A DNA stretch of 64,000 nucleotides. It comes from Octopus vulgaris (taxonomy: Eukaryota). This document shows, piece after piece, positions 40,685-51,816 of the stretch (position 1 is its first letter; each line of letters opens with the position of its first letter). The stretch spans positions 72,974,001-73,038,000 of the forward strand of contig OX597817.1 of the NCBI GenBank assembly GCA_951406725.2, read 5' to 3'. The notes below the pieces were generated by a model that did no database searches, was not told where the DNA came from, and worked only from the letters and a program-made list of their open reading frames with translations. A program made the translations under genes and the position numbers.

Positions 40685-41465
40685 TATAGAGAAAATGAGA
40701 TAATGAAGCCAAGGGTGTGAGGAGTTTTCAGTACATTTATAAGGAAATAGTCTTACAGCTGTTTCTGGGATAACATGGATATCCCTTCATCAGAGACTGT
40801 GAGAAAGTTAAATTGAGGAAATATTTCAGATCTAAATATTATGGAAAAGGAGGAGATAGGGAATATAGAGGGAAATATATATATATATATCTAAAATAAT
40901 TGTCACATATTATTTTACAGATAAATTTCCTCTATTTACATAATATTGAGGTCTCTTTCTTTCTTTTGTTATCTTACCTTTTTTTCCAATATATATATAT
41001 ATATATATTGAAAGGTATAATGAATAAAAGCTCCAACTGAACTTTTTCTGGTTACCTTACACTATTTTTATATATTTATATTATTTTAGCTCCATTGCCT
41101 TAAACTTTTAGTCACTTTTATTATGCATTAATTTATTCCATATATTTTTCTTCATTCCACTTCACTCGTATTACCCTTTTAGGTTTTATCACATTTTATT
41201 TGTGTATATGTGTATATTTTACACTGTTGGGTTTTACCATTGGGTGCCCTGTTCTTTTAATATATATTTATATTCGATTTATGATAATTTGGGAATGCTA
41301 TAAAGTTGTTTTGATCAATTGGAGTGTGTATTCATTATACCTTTCAACTTATTTCTCCTTTCGCCTTGGTGTCACCTGAGCACTTCCAGCTTCAGTCCTA
41401 ATTTTATTCTTCGATTTAACGAAATTGCTTTTTGGTTTAACGAAGTTATAAAATTATCTTCTTAT
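40685..41465. mobile_element. Penelope-like element terminal remnants
   Basis: Inserted in (TA)n. Carries a minimal hammerhead motif and a 33-bp inverted repeat (41008-41040 and 41315-41347), both typical of PLE pseudo-LTRs. No ORF. Confidence 0.65.
40749..40798 (-). ncRNA. Minimal type I hammerhead ribozyme motif
   Basis: - strand: AGUCU-CUGAUGA-A-GGGAUA-uccaugu-UAUCCC-A-GAAA-C-AGCU-G-UA-AGACU. Stem I is 5 bp, stem II is 6 bp, stem III has a palindromic loop, and the cleavage triplet is GUA. Confidence 0.85.
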
Positions 41466-41709
41466 ATAGAAATGTATGTACGTATATGTTTGTGTGTCTG
41501 TGTTTGTCCCCCACCATCACTTGACAACCGATGTTAGTGTGTTTACATCCCTGTAAACACACTAACAAAAGAGACCAATAAAATAAGTACTAGGCATACA
41601 AAGAATAAGTCCTAGGGTCAATTTCTTCAACTAAAGGTAGTGCTCCAGCATGGCCACAATCAAATGACTGAAACAAATAAAAGAATAAAAGAATATATCT
41701 ATATATATA

Positions 41710-42370
41710 CTAGCTGAACTACCTGGTGTTGCCTGAGTTAATGATTCAGAGAATTAACTGTAACATCGCAAAGCTTTTTATCTAACTTGTAGTAAACCTT
41801 ATTGAAAAAAGACTCAGCAAAATTTCAGACTAAGAACACTTTGTAGACCTTTTATTGTTTTTTAAGAATATATTTTTTGTTTGATATCCAAATTCCAAAC
41901 ATGCAAGTTCAATTCTGTAAAAGTTTGTATACAAAATCAAATCTTTTGAATCTCTCTTCAGTTTCCGCTTAAATGTAATTCTAATCCTAACTCAAAATTG
42001 TAATCTTAAGTGCTAACATGAAAGCCTGACGTTAAATGCTAACCTTCAGAGGAATGAGAAAGAGTGTGATATGAAAGATGTGCGTGTGGAGAGAGAGAGA
42101 GAGAGAAAGACAGAGAGGGTGGCGCAAGCAAGACGTGTGTGTGTGTAGAGAGAGAGAGAGACAGACAGAGAGTGGAGCAAGAAAGAGCATGATGTGTGTG
42201 GAGAGACAGAGAGAGAGAGGGATGAGAAAAAAGAATGAGTTTGGTTTAATCACAAATGTAGTTGTAGGATTAAATTATTTTCATTTGTGTGCATGCCATA
42301 AGTGTATGTGTATATATGTTAATAGAGTAAAATTTTGGTCTAAAGTATTCCTTTTCTTAAAGTAACAGCA
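41710..42370 (-). mobile_element. Non-autonomous Helitron-like element
   Basis: On - strand the 3' end has a degenerate hairpin (CAGGCAACACCAGG) followed by CTAG|T. Internal GA/GT microsatellites. The 5' end is approximate. Confidence 0.5.
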
Positions 42371-42390
42371 TGTGACACACCTACATACAC

Positions 42391-42427
<37 letters not shown>

Positions 42428-42430
<3 letters not shown>

Positions 42431-42610
42431 GGCACGTAAAAAGCACCCACTACACTCACGGAGTGGTTGGCATTAGGAAGGGCATCCAGCCGTAGAAACA
42501 CTGCCAGATCTGACTGGGCCTGAAGAAGCCTTCCCGCCTCACAGACCCCAGTTGAACCATCCAACCCATGCTAGCATGGAAAGCGGACGCTAAATGATGA
42601 TGATGATGAT
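42428..42610 (+). mobile_element. Young 5'-truncated RTE-type 3' tail inserted in (TA)n
   Basis: GTGGCACGTAAAAAGCACCC..GAAGGGCATCCAGCCGTAGAAAC..GCATGGAAAGCGGACGCTAAA(TGA)n. CpGs are retained in a CpG-poor region. Confidence 0.85.
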
Positions 42611-43008
42611 ATATATAGACAAGCTCAAACACTATATTCATTAATAATCATCTGTCTGCAATTGACTTGGCTTTGTAAACTGATTGAAAGCATGTACATG
42701 TGTATCCCTGAATGACAGCCATATTAATGTTACCATCCCACTGCCACTTCATATTTCTTGCTTACACAACTCTGTTCTCCCCGTCCTAGATATCAGTCAC
42801 TCTCCCTATGCCACCTCATTTCCCCTACACTAACACTGCTGCACCCTTCTCATTTTATCCAAAAATAGCCTACCATAACATTACAATTTTATAAGTGATA
42901 AAATATTATATATGAATACAGAAAATGGCAGCTCAGGAAGAAAATTGTCCATGGGTGATTGGTACCAAGGAAGTAGACTGGGTTCAAGGAACACCCTAAG
43001 AACATTAC

Positions 43009-43148
43009 CTGCTTAAGGATTCCTGATGATGATATTGAATCAAACAAAAGTTTGCATCTTTTACAATGGTCTTTGTTGAACATGAAAATAAACAACCAAC
43101 TTTTCAATTGATTAGCATCTTTTTGTTGAATCCTGAACAAATGTTGAT
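43009..43148 (-). other. Candidate exon of the - strand transcript
   Basis: Donor CAG|GTAATG at 43009. Acceptor is uncertain (GTACAG before 43148 or TTTTACAG before 43547). Open frame QHLFRIQQKDANQLKSWLFIFMFNKDHCKRCKLLFDSISSSGILKQ. Confidence 0.35.
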
Positions 43149-44133
43149 CTGTACATGAATAGTATCAGTCAGATCATGTAGGACCTTATAAATTTTGATT
43201 ACTTTAGAAGTTAATGAAAGAACTTTTGAAATTGCAAAACTAGTCCTCGAGTTGTAAATTTGAGATCAGTTTCAATGACAGTTTGAAGATTCTTTATAGA
43301 ATTATCTTGATCATCTAAGAGTTTTATCTAAATATCAAAGTTCTCTGGTAGAAATTAAGTAGCCTTTGTGAATATTCTCTTACATTCATAATATCATCAT
43401 TTACAAAGGAGCCAGATATTCCATATGATTGGTGAACTGTTGAAAAGAATGCTATGTCATTTCTACTATCAGTTATTAGTATTCAACGGAGAAATAATTT
43501 ACATATTGTTCAAATTATCTACAAAAGGAACATGATGATTAACATATCTGTAAAACTGAATACATTTCACAAATTTGATTGAAACCAACACAGTAAATGC
43601 TCGAATAGAAGACATTTAAATAAAGCAAAACCTCATACACACATTAAAAAAACATTTTTTAAATTTCACTACAGCTCAAATAAAAAATTTCTTTAAAAAT
43701 GAAAATTAAAAAAACAAAAAAACAAACAAATGTGCCATACATTTGAGTAAGTGGAGACTAAAATTTATTCTATTAAAATCAAAATTACCTTCTATTTTGC
43801 TCAATTATGGCTGTTGCTCTTTTCTCTTTCGAATTGGTATTTGGAACACCTAATATTTTACACACACACATTTAATGTTCATATTGTTGTGTTACTATGA
43901 TCTGGATGATGGAATTATCAGCGGCAGTATTCTATGGCCAGAGGATCTTGCTGTTGCCAACCTTTACCTATTTTTAAAATTTTAAAGTAAGGGGTTTATT
44001 ATTCCTCAGGGTTTTGAAAATGCAGAGCAACCAGTGATAATATCAACAAGGAATGTAAATATATCACTAGCAGGGACTAGGATAGCTGTGGGATGTCAAT
44101 ATTTGCTCACATTTGCATGCACATACACCCATA

Positions 44134-44334
44134 TATGAGGAGGAACTGAAAAAGTAGTTTTAAAAGTATCACCAAAGAGCTGGGTGGAGGCCCAGCCTTC
44201 CAAGTTCTTTTTTACAGGGCTTAAAAAAACTGAGGGACTGCTGCAGGGAAGAAGTTCAATATAAAATCATAATTAACTGATCCTGCTGTATTTTCTTTTA
44301 CCCAAGGCCAGGAACTTTTCAGCACACCCTCATA
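44134..44334. mobile_element. Tc1/mariner-like MITE
   Basis: Imperfect TIRs TATGAGGAGGAACTGAAAA and TTTTCAGCACACCCTCATA, flanked by TA. Confidence 0.65.
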
Positions 44335-47300
44335 TATATATAACAAGCTTCCTACAGCATCCACCAACCAAATTCACTTACAAGGCATAGGTTAGTCCTC
44401 GGCTATAGGGTAAGACACTTACCCAAAGTATCACACAATGAGACTGTATCTGAAACTATGCAAAATAAACTTCTTAACCCCACAGTCATGCTTGTGTCTA
44501 GACAATATATGTGTGAGTATGTAGCAAAAAAATTCTCATGGATGGTATGCTAGTGGCCAATGCACATCCTCAAATTTGAAGTTTGCATTTGTCAACGGAA
44601 AAGATCAGGTCTTTAAGGTAGCAAATCAAACAACCAGATGCATCTAAGATGCTCTTTTGTTACATCTGAGGTCATAGAAAAACAGCAAAAGAAATAAATG
44701 CTAAGACAATCTTTAGGAGTAGTCATTAATTTACATGATGTACACCTCTGACTTTTGCCATCTTCTTTTTGAACAATCAGCAGCCTACATTACATATGTG
44801 ATTGCTATGGAGATGGGCAAAATACACATGATATATTTGTGAGAGTTGCTATGTCAAAGCAAGTACCATGCACAATATTATAGTTATTGGTAATGGCAAT
44901 GGTAATCCAGTTGTAACAGCAGCAGTGAACAGTAAATCAGCAAGAAAACACTCTTTTATTGGTAATTTAGCAGCTGACATACAGATAAGTTCAATGATCA
45001 TATCTCCAACTTGTAGAACTATGGCTAAACTCACCAACACTAATTCATGGCCTTTTTCATAACAAACAGTTTTTGACAGTATTGCTGAACTTTTAGTCAA
45101 TATGCTTTATTCTATACAATATACAAATGTACTACAAAAAGATAAACACATATAACATGTCAGAAGCAGAGCAAGAGGGTGGGGTCAAGGATGGTCAGTT
45201 GTACTCTGGTGCAACTGTGTTCCTTCACACTTTCACCGGAGATACTGAGAACTCTTGCAATCTATTATGCTAGCATGGGTTAAACAAAGGATCATTTTAA
45301 GGCAGAATTTTCTGGTTGGATGCTTTTCTTGTCACCAATTCTTACATGTTTTTAAGTAAAGATTTCTTAATTCCAAAAATTTTTGAAAGCATAGAGTGAA
45401 TGATCAAAATATCAACAAGTAGTGTCAACATTACCACCAGTTTGCCCTAGTACTGACAATGTGGAATATCAGTATTTACTCATACACATAGATTGCGATC
45501 TACAACTGGGCAAACAATGTGCTGGATTAAATCCTTCCAACTCTTGCAAGCATGAAAAGCATTATGATGATGATGATCATCATCAGCTATTTAATTTGGA
45601 TGTGTTAGATATTCTGAAACAGACATAAATATCTAGTTAGACAACGATTCTTCCTTTTCTATTAAATTAAGCATCAAAGCAAGTTGCTGTGAGAACTTCT
45701 TTGTGGTCACAAAATCTATTATACTCCTGTAATCACAAAGCAAAGAGAGACTATGCAGCTGTTCACTGCACCTTTCAAAATAGGTAGGATACTATAGTCC
45801 CAGCTACACAATGCCTGAAAGAAAAGATAAATATGGTTACCGCTACAAAGCCTGTGCTTATAAATTTGCTGTACCAGGGCTAACTTGAGTCTAAATAACA
45901 ACAATCTGATGAGCTCTGAAATATATGTATGAGAGTGAATGCGTATGTGGGAAGAAAGGACCGGACATATTAGTGCAGAGTCAAGCAACAAGGGTGATAG
46001 GTAAAGGAGAGATGAGTGGGATAGGAATGTGTGAGTGGAGACAGCATGATCCTGGTCATGCCTCAAGTGTAAAAGCTATAATAGTACAGGAGAACAGGCA
46101 GTGAGAAGAAACAGTATACCTATGGGCAAGAGGCTGGAGTTTATCTATGAGTGACTTTATAAGCCAATCAGTCAGGGAGGCCTTTCTGGGATGCAATGAA
46201 TGAGAAGCAGAAACTATAACCAAGTTGCTACAAGTTGAAACCTAGTTTAAATACTTGCCACAATGTGAACTTATCTAATGATGGTGTTAAACCAGGCAGG
46301 AATTAAATCAAGCATCAAATAACACATGCAGTCCATCTCAGAGACTTCCATACAGTTTCTGTCTATTCAACGTCACAAGTTTGGATAGACTTGAGGATAT
46401 GGTAGAAGACACTTTCCCAAGGGGCCATGGATTGCGATTAAATCTTGAACTACATGATGGTAAAGTGCACTGCCTAACTACATGGCAATTCATTCAGCCA
46501 AACAGACATTTAGGATAGGAACAGATCTCTATTTGATTAGGACCTGCTAGATGCTGTAAAATCTGTACAATAAAATTAGTGACATTAAATAGCTTTTTAC
46601 TGAAGTGCCATTCTGCAGCAAACAAACATTATTCCAGAAACAGACAAATCCAAATCCATGCAGTTCATTTTGATGTTATTTGTTATATAGCTCTATCCCC
46701 CACCCATCTCAAGTCAGCTTGACTGAGAAAACATCAAAGGCTTCTGGCTATGATCATCCCAGTTTTTTTCCAAACATATCTGGAACTACATAATCTAATG
46801 CAGCCTTCCTATTTGAAGACAATAGGGCATAGTTTGATGGGGATTAGGTTGATATCTCTTGTAAGGGATCAACAACAGCTATCTAGCTGTTATTGATCTC
46901 AAGGCCAGCCCCAGATCAAAGGTATTCTAGCTCTGACCATCCTTTGTTTTTCCCATGTCCAGAGAAATCCAAGACCACGTTATTCAACACATTCTTTCTC
47001 TAAGGCTATACAGTGTGCTTTGATAGAAATTTATCTGCTATTTCTTGTAGATAGAGTCATCACCAGGATGACTTTTTCATAGGCATGAGATGCTGACTGG
47101 TTAAGTGTTACAAATGTAACTGAACTAATACACAGCTAAGCTCAGACCTATCACATGGTTGAAAACAAAAGAGCCTACTCATAGTCATATGACATACTAG
47201 AAAGAGCAGTCAAATCTTCCTTGAATTACACCTCATCAACTTATAGGCAGTGAATTGGCAGAATCATCTGAATGGTGTATGGGATGTTAAGCTGTATTTG

Positions 47301-50199
47301 TTCCAACGCTCTGTGCAATGGCTTCAAATCTCACTGAAGTCAGTTTTGTCTTTCATCTTTTCAGTGTTGAAAAGAAGAAAATATCACTCCAAGGCAGGGG
47401 TCTAGCAGAACTGTAAGAACACTGGAACAGATGCACCGAGTTCAAAATCCTACCATAGCCTACTTGGGTAGTAAACTTAACCAACTGCCCAATTTAACAC
47501 CACCATACTGTTACTTTCAGTGGAGTCCACTCTGTTGCAAGCATTTGGGTTAAGTTTTTGGTTTGAAGATATCTTCTTCTTTCCTCCCATTAGTTTCAGG
47601 GGCTCTGTAAAAGGCCATGGGTATTGCCCTCTCTAGCTAAATAATGTAGTCATAAAAAACAGCTAAAAAAAAAGATCAGAGAGGCCATGGCTGAAATGTT
47701 TTTCATCACAGGCCAGCTTGACCTGAGCTGAGCAAAAGCTAAACAACTCACAACAATAATGGATCTGTGAATATTGATTTCTAACTTACAATACTACAAT
47801 TCTGGCAAGAAGCATACAATTGATTGTGAACCCCTAATAGTTGACTGATATTATCTATCCTAGAAGAATATAAAACAAAGTTGAGGTCAGCTTAATCTAA
47901 ACCCAGAACCTAAGTATATCAGTGCATTTTGTCCTCTGACATGCTAAAAATAGCAACCAAATATTCCTCTGTCTCGAAAAATGAAGAACATATTGGATAA
48001 TAAAGTTTCTGATGTGCAAGACTGAATGGACATAGGTCTGATCAATCAGGGCCAGACAACAACCGCTTTTATATGTAGATGATTTTACATTAGATTTGAT
48101 CCCCAACTCGTCCAAGAAAAACAGAGTTGTGATTTCTCATCCTAGCACCTTATCCATTCTATGTCAGCATGGAATATATTTAGACAAATCATCAAGGATG
48201 GTATACATCCTAGAATTCTGAAAGAAATAGTTGAGGGTAGTACAAAGCCCCTAACAATACTGTACCAAAAATTCCTAAAGTGATCACAATCACCAAAGCT
48301 GTAGAAAAAAAAAAGGTAAGGTTAGTACTATATATGAAAAGGGAAATGTCAGAGTAAAGTGGAAAATTCATAACTGAGATTCTGAAGAGGGGAATTGGCA
48401 AAGAAACACTAGATTCTATGGAAAACAATTTTTCTTTTACAAATTGAGAATTGTTTATAAATTTAGAATAACTTAAAAAGTATATGATACTGATATTCAG
48501 ATATTAAAGTAGATTTAATAACTTTCTCAGCAGCAGAAAACAAATGAGTTTAATAGAGTAAATCAACACAGCATGTGATATTGTGACTTGGGAATACCTC
48601 AAGACTCACTATTCAAACTACTTTTCTGAAACTGATATCAATTTATATCAAAGGAAAGGTAACTACAAACTTATACCTTTTTGAGGATAATATCAATGTT
48701 TTCCACATCACACACTATGCTAGACTTCAAAATGACAGGAAAATGGAAGATTAGAGTCATACCTCCTAACTAGTAACCTTTCCATCGGGACAAATGCAAA
48801 CAAACGCCTTCATTAGAAAAGATCAATAAGAAATAGAGCTGTGAAACTTTAATTCTTAAAGTGAATATAGAAAAAGGTTTGGGAATTACATAAGATAAAA
48901 AACAAAAATTGAAATTTGAAGACCATATTAGAATAATAAAAGGCAAATGTGATGAACTCTTAAATACATAAACACAAGAGTATATATACGACTTTACAAA
49001 TGTATGGTAAGATTCTCTTTAAGATTATATACGTCCTTGTCCGCACAACGAAAAACGTATAGGTAAAAAGTGAATTGGTACAAAGAAGAATTATTAAACA
49101 ACTGTATGATTTGAAAATAGTTACGTGAGAAAAAAAACAAGACAAATTAAAAACATTTACTCTAAGATACAGACGTGTAAGACTGTGTGTATGATGGAAA
49201 TGTGCAAAACGATAAATGGGCGCTATGAAAAGGATCTATGTAACAACTTTATTTACCTTAGAGACTTAGGGTGAATATGATGGGTGGAGGAAAACACCTG
49301 AAATCATCAAACGTCTACATTCACTTTTAGAAATAAGTACAAATTTAGAATAATGTGATAGTAACTGAGAACATTAGTATATTTTTAAAAATTCGTTTGT
49401 CGTATATTGAGAGCAATTAGAAATGAAGTACAATAGTTTTAAAGCGCACATGGTCTGGTGCTCCAATCGGCAAAAGAGTCGAGTCCGATATAGAAAAGTT
49501 CATTAATAAACATGGTCTAGAGAACTAGTTTAACATGAATTAACGTAAAAAAAAAAAAAAAGAAAGACACGCTCATTTCTCTGACACACATCGTTTAAAC
49601 GAAATATTTTCACTGAGAATGCTTTACAACTCATTAAAAATTAAAGTTATGACAAAAATCTGTCCGGGGTTCTCAAATAGTTTCTTGCGGGTCACTGATG
49701 TACTGAATATTTTCTGAACCGCTTGTGTTTAAAATCAATGAAATACAACTAATAGTTAAACAGAATAAATTCAATCAAACATATGAAACACAATGGAAAA
49801 CTATTAAACTAAGCAAATTCACGAATATATACATTCTGACAAACCTTAACGTTTAATTTCTACTCTGATCTGTGGTGCATGATTTTTCAGCGGACCACGA
49901 AAAGTTTTGTCATAGACCTTCGCAGAGCAGCGTTCTCCATCTCACAAACATAGATCCATGTGAAAGAAATAAAACGTTAAAGATTTCAGGATATACTGAT
50001 ACAAAAATGGCTTGGTTAGAAGGGCAGCGTCTCTGACCCATTTCAGGGTCTCCGAAATTCTTGGACACGAGTCATCATCGGAGTGGAGACTTGGTCTGAA
50101 TGTTTGTAAGAGTAAACTCTGCTAAAGGTACATATGGGACATGTGATGATACTAGACCAGCTGATGAATTAAATCAATCATCACAAAACAGGGCCGATT

Positions 50200-50364
50200 C
50201 CGCCGATAGTTTTCGTCTATCAAATTTCACATAGGTTTACAAATCTTTGGTCGAACCGAGGCGGTGATATAAGATAGAAGCTGAAAGTGTCATGCTAGGG
50301 GATTGAACCTAAAATCATGTAGTTATGAAGTGAACTTCTCAAGCACAAACCCACATCTGAGCCG
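50200..50364 (-). mobile_element. tRNA/CORE-like SINE 5' part directly downstream of the 5S pseudogene
   Basis: - strand GGCTCAGATGTGGGTTTGTGCTTGAGAAG..GGTTCAATCCC..CCTCGGTTCGACCAAAG..GATAGACGAAAACT, homologous to 40461-40650. Confidence 0.7.
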
Positions 50365-50369
50365 AAAAG

Positions 50370-50484
50370 ATGCTTACGCAAGTTTCCCAAGTGGTCACCC
50401 ATCTAAATACAATCTACAGTTGACGTTGCCTAACTTCGGTGATCGGACGAGAACTGATGTTTTCAGTGTGATATGACCATAACT
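50370..50484 (-). pseudogene. 5S rRNA pseudogene
   Basis: - strand GTTATGGTCATATCACACTGAAAACATCAGTTCTCGTCCGATCACCGAAGTTAGGCAACGTC..TAGATGGGTGACCACTTGGGAA..CGTAAGCAT then CTTTT. Matches invertebrate 5S, with box A and box C changes and a short 3' deletion. Confidence 0.9.
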
Positions 50485-50930
50485 TTGAGAAATTACATTA
50501 ACTGAGCTCAATGGAAAATTAGTACAGTATACAGAAGGATGAAAATCGGTAACGTAAATAACAAATGTATTACGAGAAAAATAAATAAAATTCAAACAGG
50601 TATGCATTGTATGAATAAATGGAAATGTGTAGTTTTTGTTTGTAAATATATATAGAAGCATGTTAAGAGGGAACACACGTTAAAGACTAAAAGAGATATG
50701 AAACGAAAAGAAAGACATAAATCTGAATAGTATATATTGTTAAATGCAACGGTTAGTTCATTTGTGCGGGGCGGGGAACAAATGCAGCGATGTTACATAA
50801 CAAGGTTCCATATAGTTTTGAATACATTAATTACGAAGTTTTCCAAAGATATCGAAAATGACCAGTAAAATTTGTTTAACAAACACGGAAAAAGAAAAGG
50901 AAGTAGATTTTTATAACATGTAACGCTTAC

Positions 50931-51250
50931 CTTGAGAAGATTCTAGTCTTTTTAATAACAATAATAATTTACGAAAGCTGAAAAGGTGGTCCTTTTTTTT
51001 ATTATTATTTTATCAGTTTAGGATTTCGATCTGATTTTGTACTACTTCAGTTTTGACAAGCTTAATTTTGAATATCTTGAGATAAAAAAATCATTTAATT
51101 TTCATTAAAAAGCAATCCAGCGGTAATTTGGAGGTATGTATTACCATGCGGACAACAGAAACAGGAAATAATAGAGCGAAAAAGGGGAAGATTAAGAAGC
51201 AACAGTCCACTAAATGTTGACTTTGAGTATAACGGATGCCATGTTGGAAA
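50931..51250 (-). other. Probable first (5' UTR or non-coding) exon of a divergent - strand gene
   Basis: Consensus donor AAG|GTAAGC at 50931/50930, adjacent to the CpG-rich promoter. TSS is approximate. Contains the short uORF MASVILKVNI*. Confidence 0.55.
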
Positions 51251-51330
51251 ACCCCTTCCGGTGAGAAACTGCGGGAATCCACGACTCACGTTATGTGACG
51301 TCACATCGTCATGGTGTACAAGATGGCGAC
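51250..51330. promoter_or_regulatory. CpG-rich bidirectional core promoter (ETS, CRE, YY1)
   Basis: ETS ACCGGAAG on - strand (51255-51262). 14-bp palindromic CRE ATGTGACGTCACAT (51293-51306). YY1 CAAGATGGCG (51319-51328) overlaps the ATG. Confidence 0.75.
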
Positions 51331-51816
51331 GGTCGGCTGCTGCACTGACGAGCAGGGTAGTGGTGCTATGGAAGATAGTGAAGAGGCGTCCAGCAAAGAA
51401 CATAATAATCACAGCACGACGACGACAACAACATCAACTACTAACTCTCAATTAGTGGACGTTTGTAAGAAAAATGGTGTTGTTCTCAATTGTATCTTAG
51501 ATGATAAATCGTGCCATGCTTCCATCACCGCTACCACTACTCGCACAATCGCCGAAGATGCAAAGAAGAAGCAGAGAGCAGCGACCAAATCTGACAAGAG
51601 TTCTCGGATTAATGGTAGTAATATCAATATCAACAGTAACTCGGCGACCAAGGGACTATTGCTAAATCAACCATCCATTCCGAATTTACGTTCAAGGAAA
51701 GATAAACAACAGCGACCGATAATTGAGTCGCCCCGTAAAAGGAGGAGGTCTTCTCGACATGAAAAAGCAGAGCATCAGCAGCAGCAACTGTCGACAACAG
51801 TCTCAACAACAGAGAG
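51323..51816 (+). CDS. First coding exon of an unidentified, probably nuclear protein (disordered N-terminus with SPRKRRR NLS)
   Basis: ~165-codon ORF with good Kozak context (AAGATGG) and an in-frame upstream ATG at 51311. CpG-rich, with T/S/N/Q tracts. Phase-2 donor AG|GTAAAG at 51816/51817 lies just before the ORF stop. Confidence 0.85.

Larger units (their letters stand above)
40461..41692 (+). mobile_element. tRNA/CORE-like SINE split by insertions into its internal (TG/TA)n tract
   Basis: The 5' half (40461-40650) reads GGCGCAGGCATGGCTGTGTGGTAAGAAG..GGTTCAGTCCC..CCTTGGGCAAATGTC, with a partly duplicated head. The 3' half resumes at about 41470 and runs to the AAAGAATAAAA tail. Confidence 0.85.

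Noticed and set aside
44849-45100. Overlapping 83-aa and 64-aa ORFs with hydrophobic character
   Set aside because: No recognisable domain or supportive start context. Only a weak non-coding exon candidate (45035-45111) remains.
45900-45935. CTGATGA-GCTCT-GAAA-TATAT-GTA hammerhead-like core
   Set aside because: No stem I complementarity and stem II is essentially absent.
50395-50676. 93-aa ORF
   Set aside because: Its 3' part is the translated 5S pseudogene.
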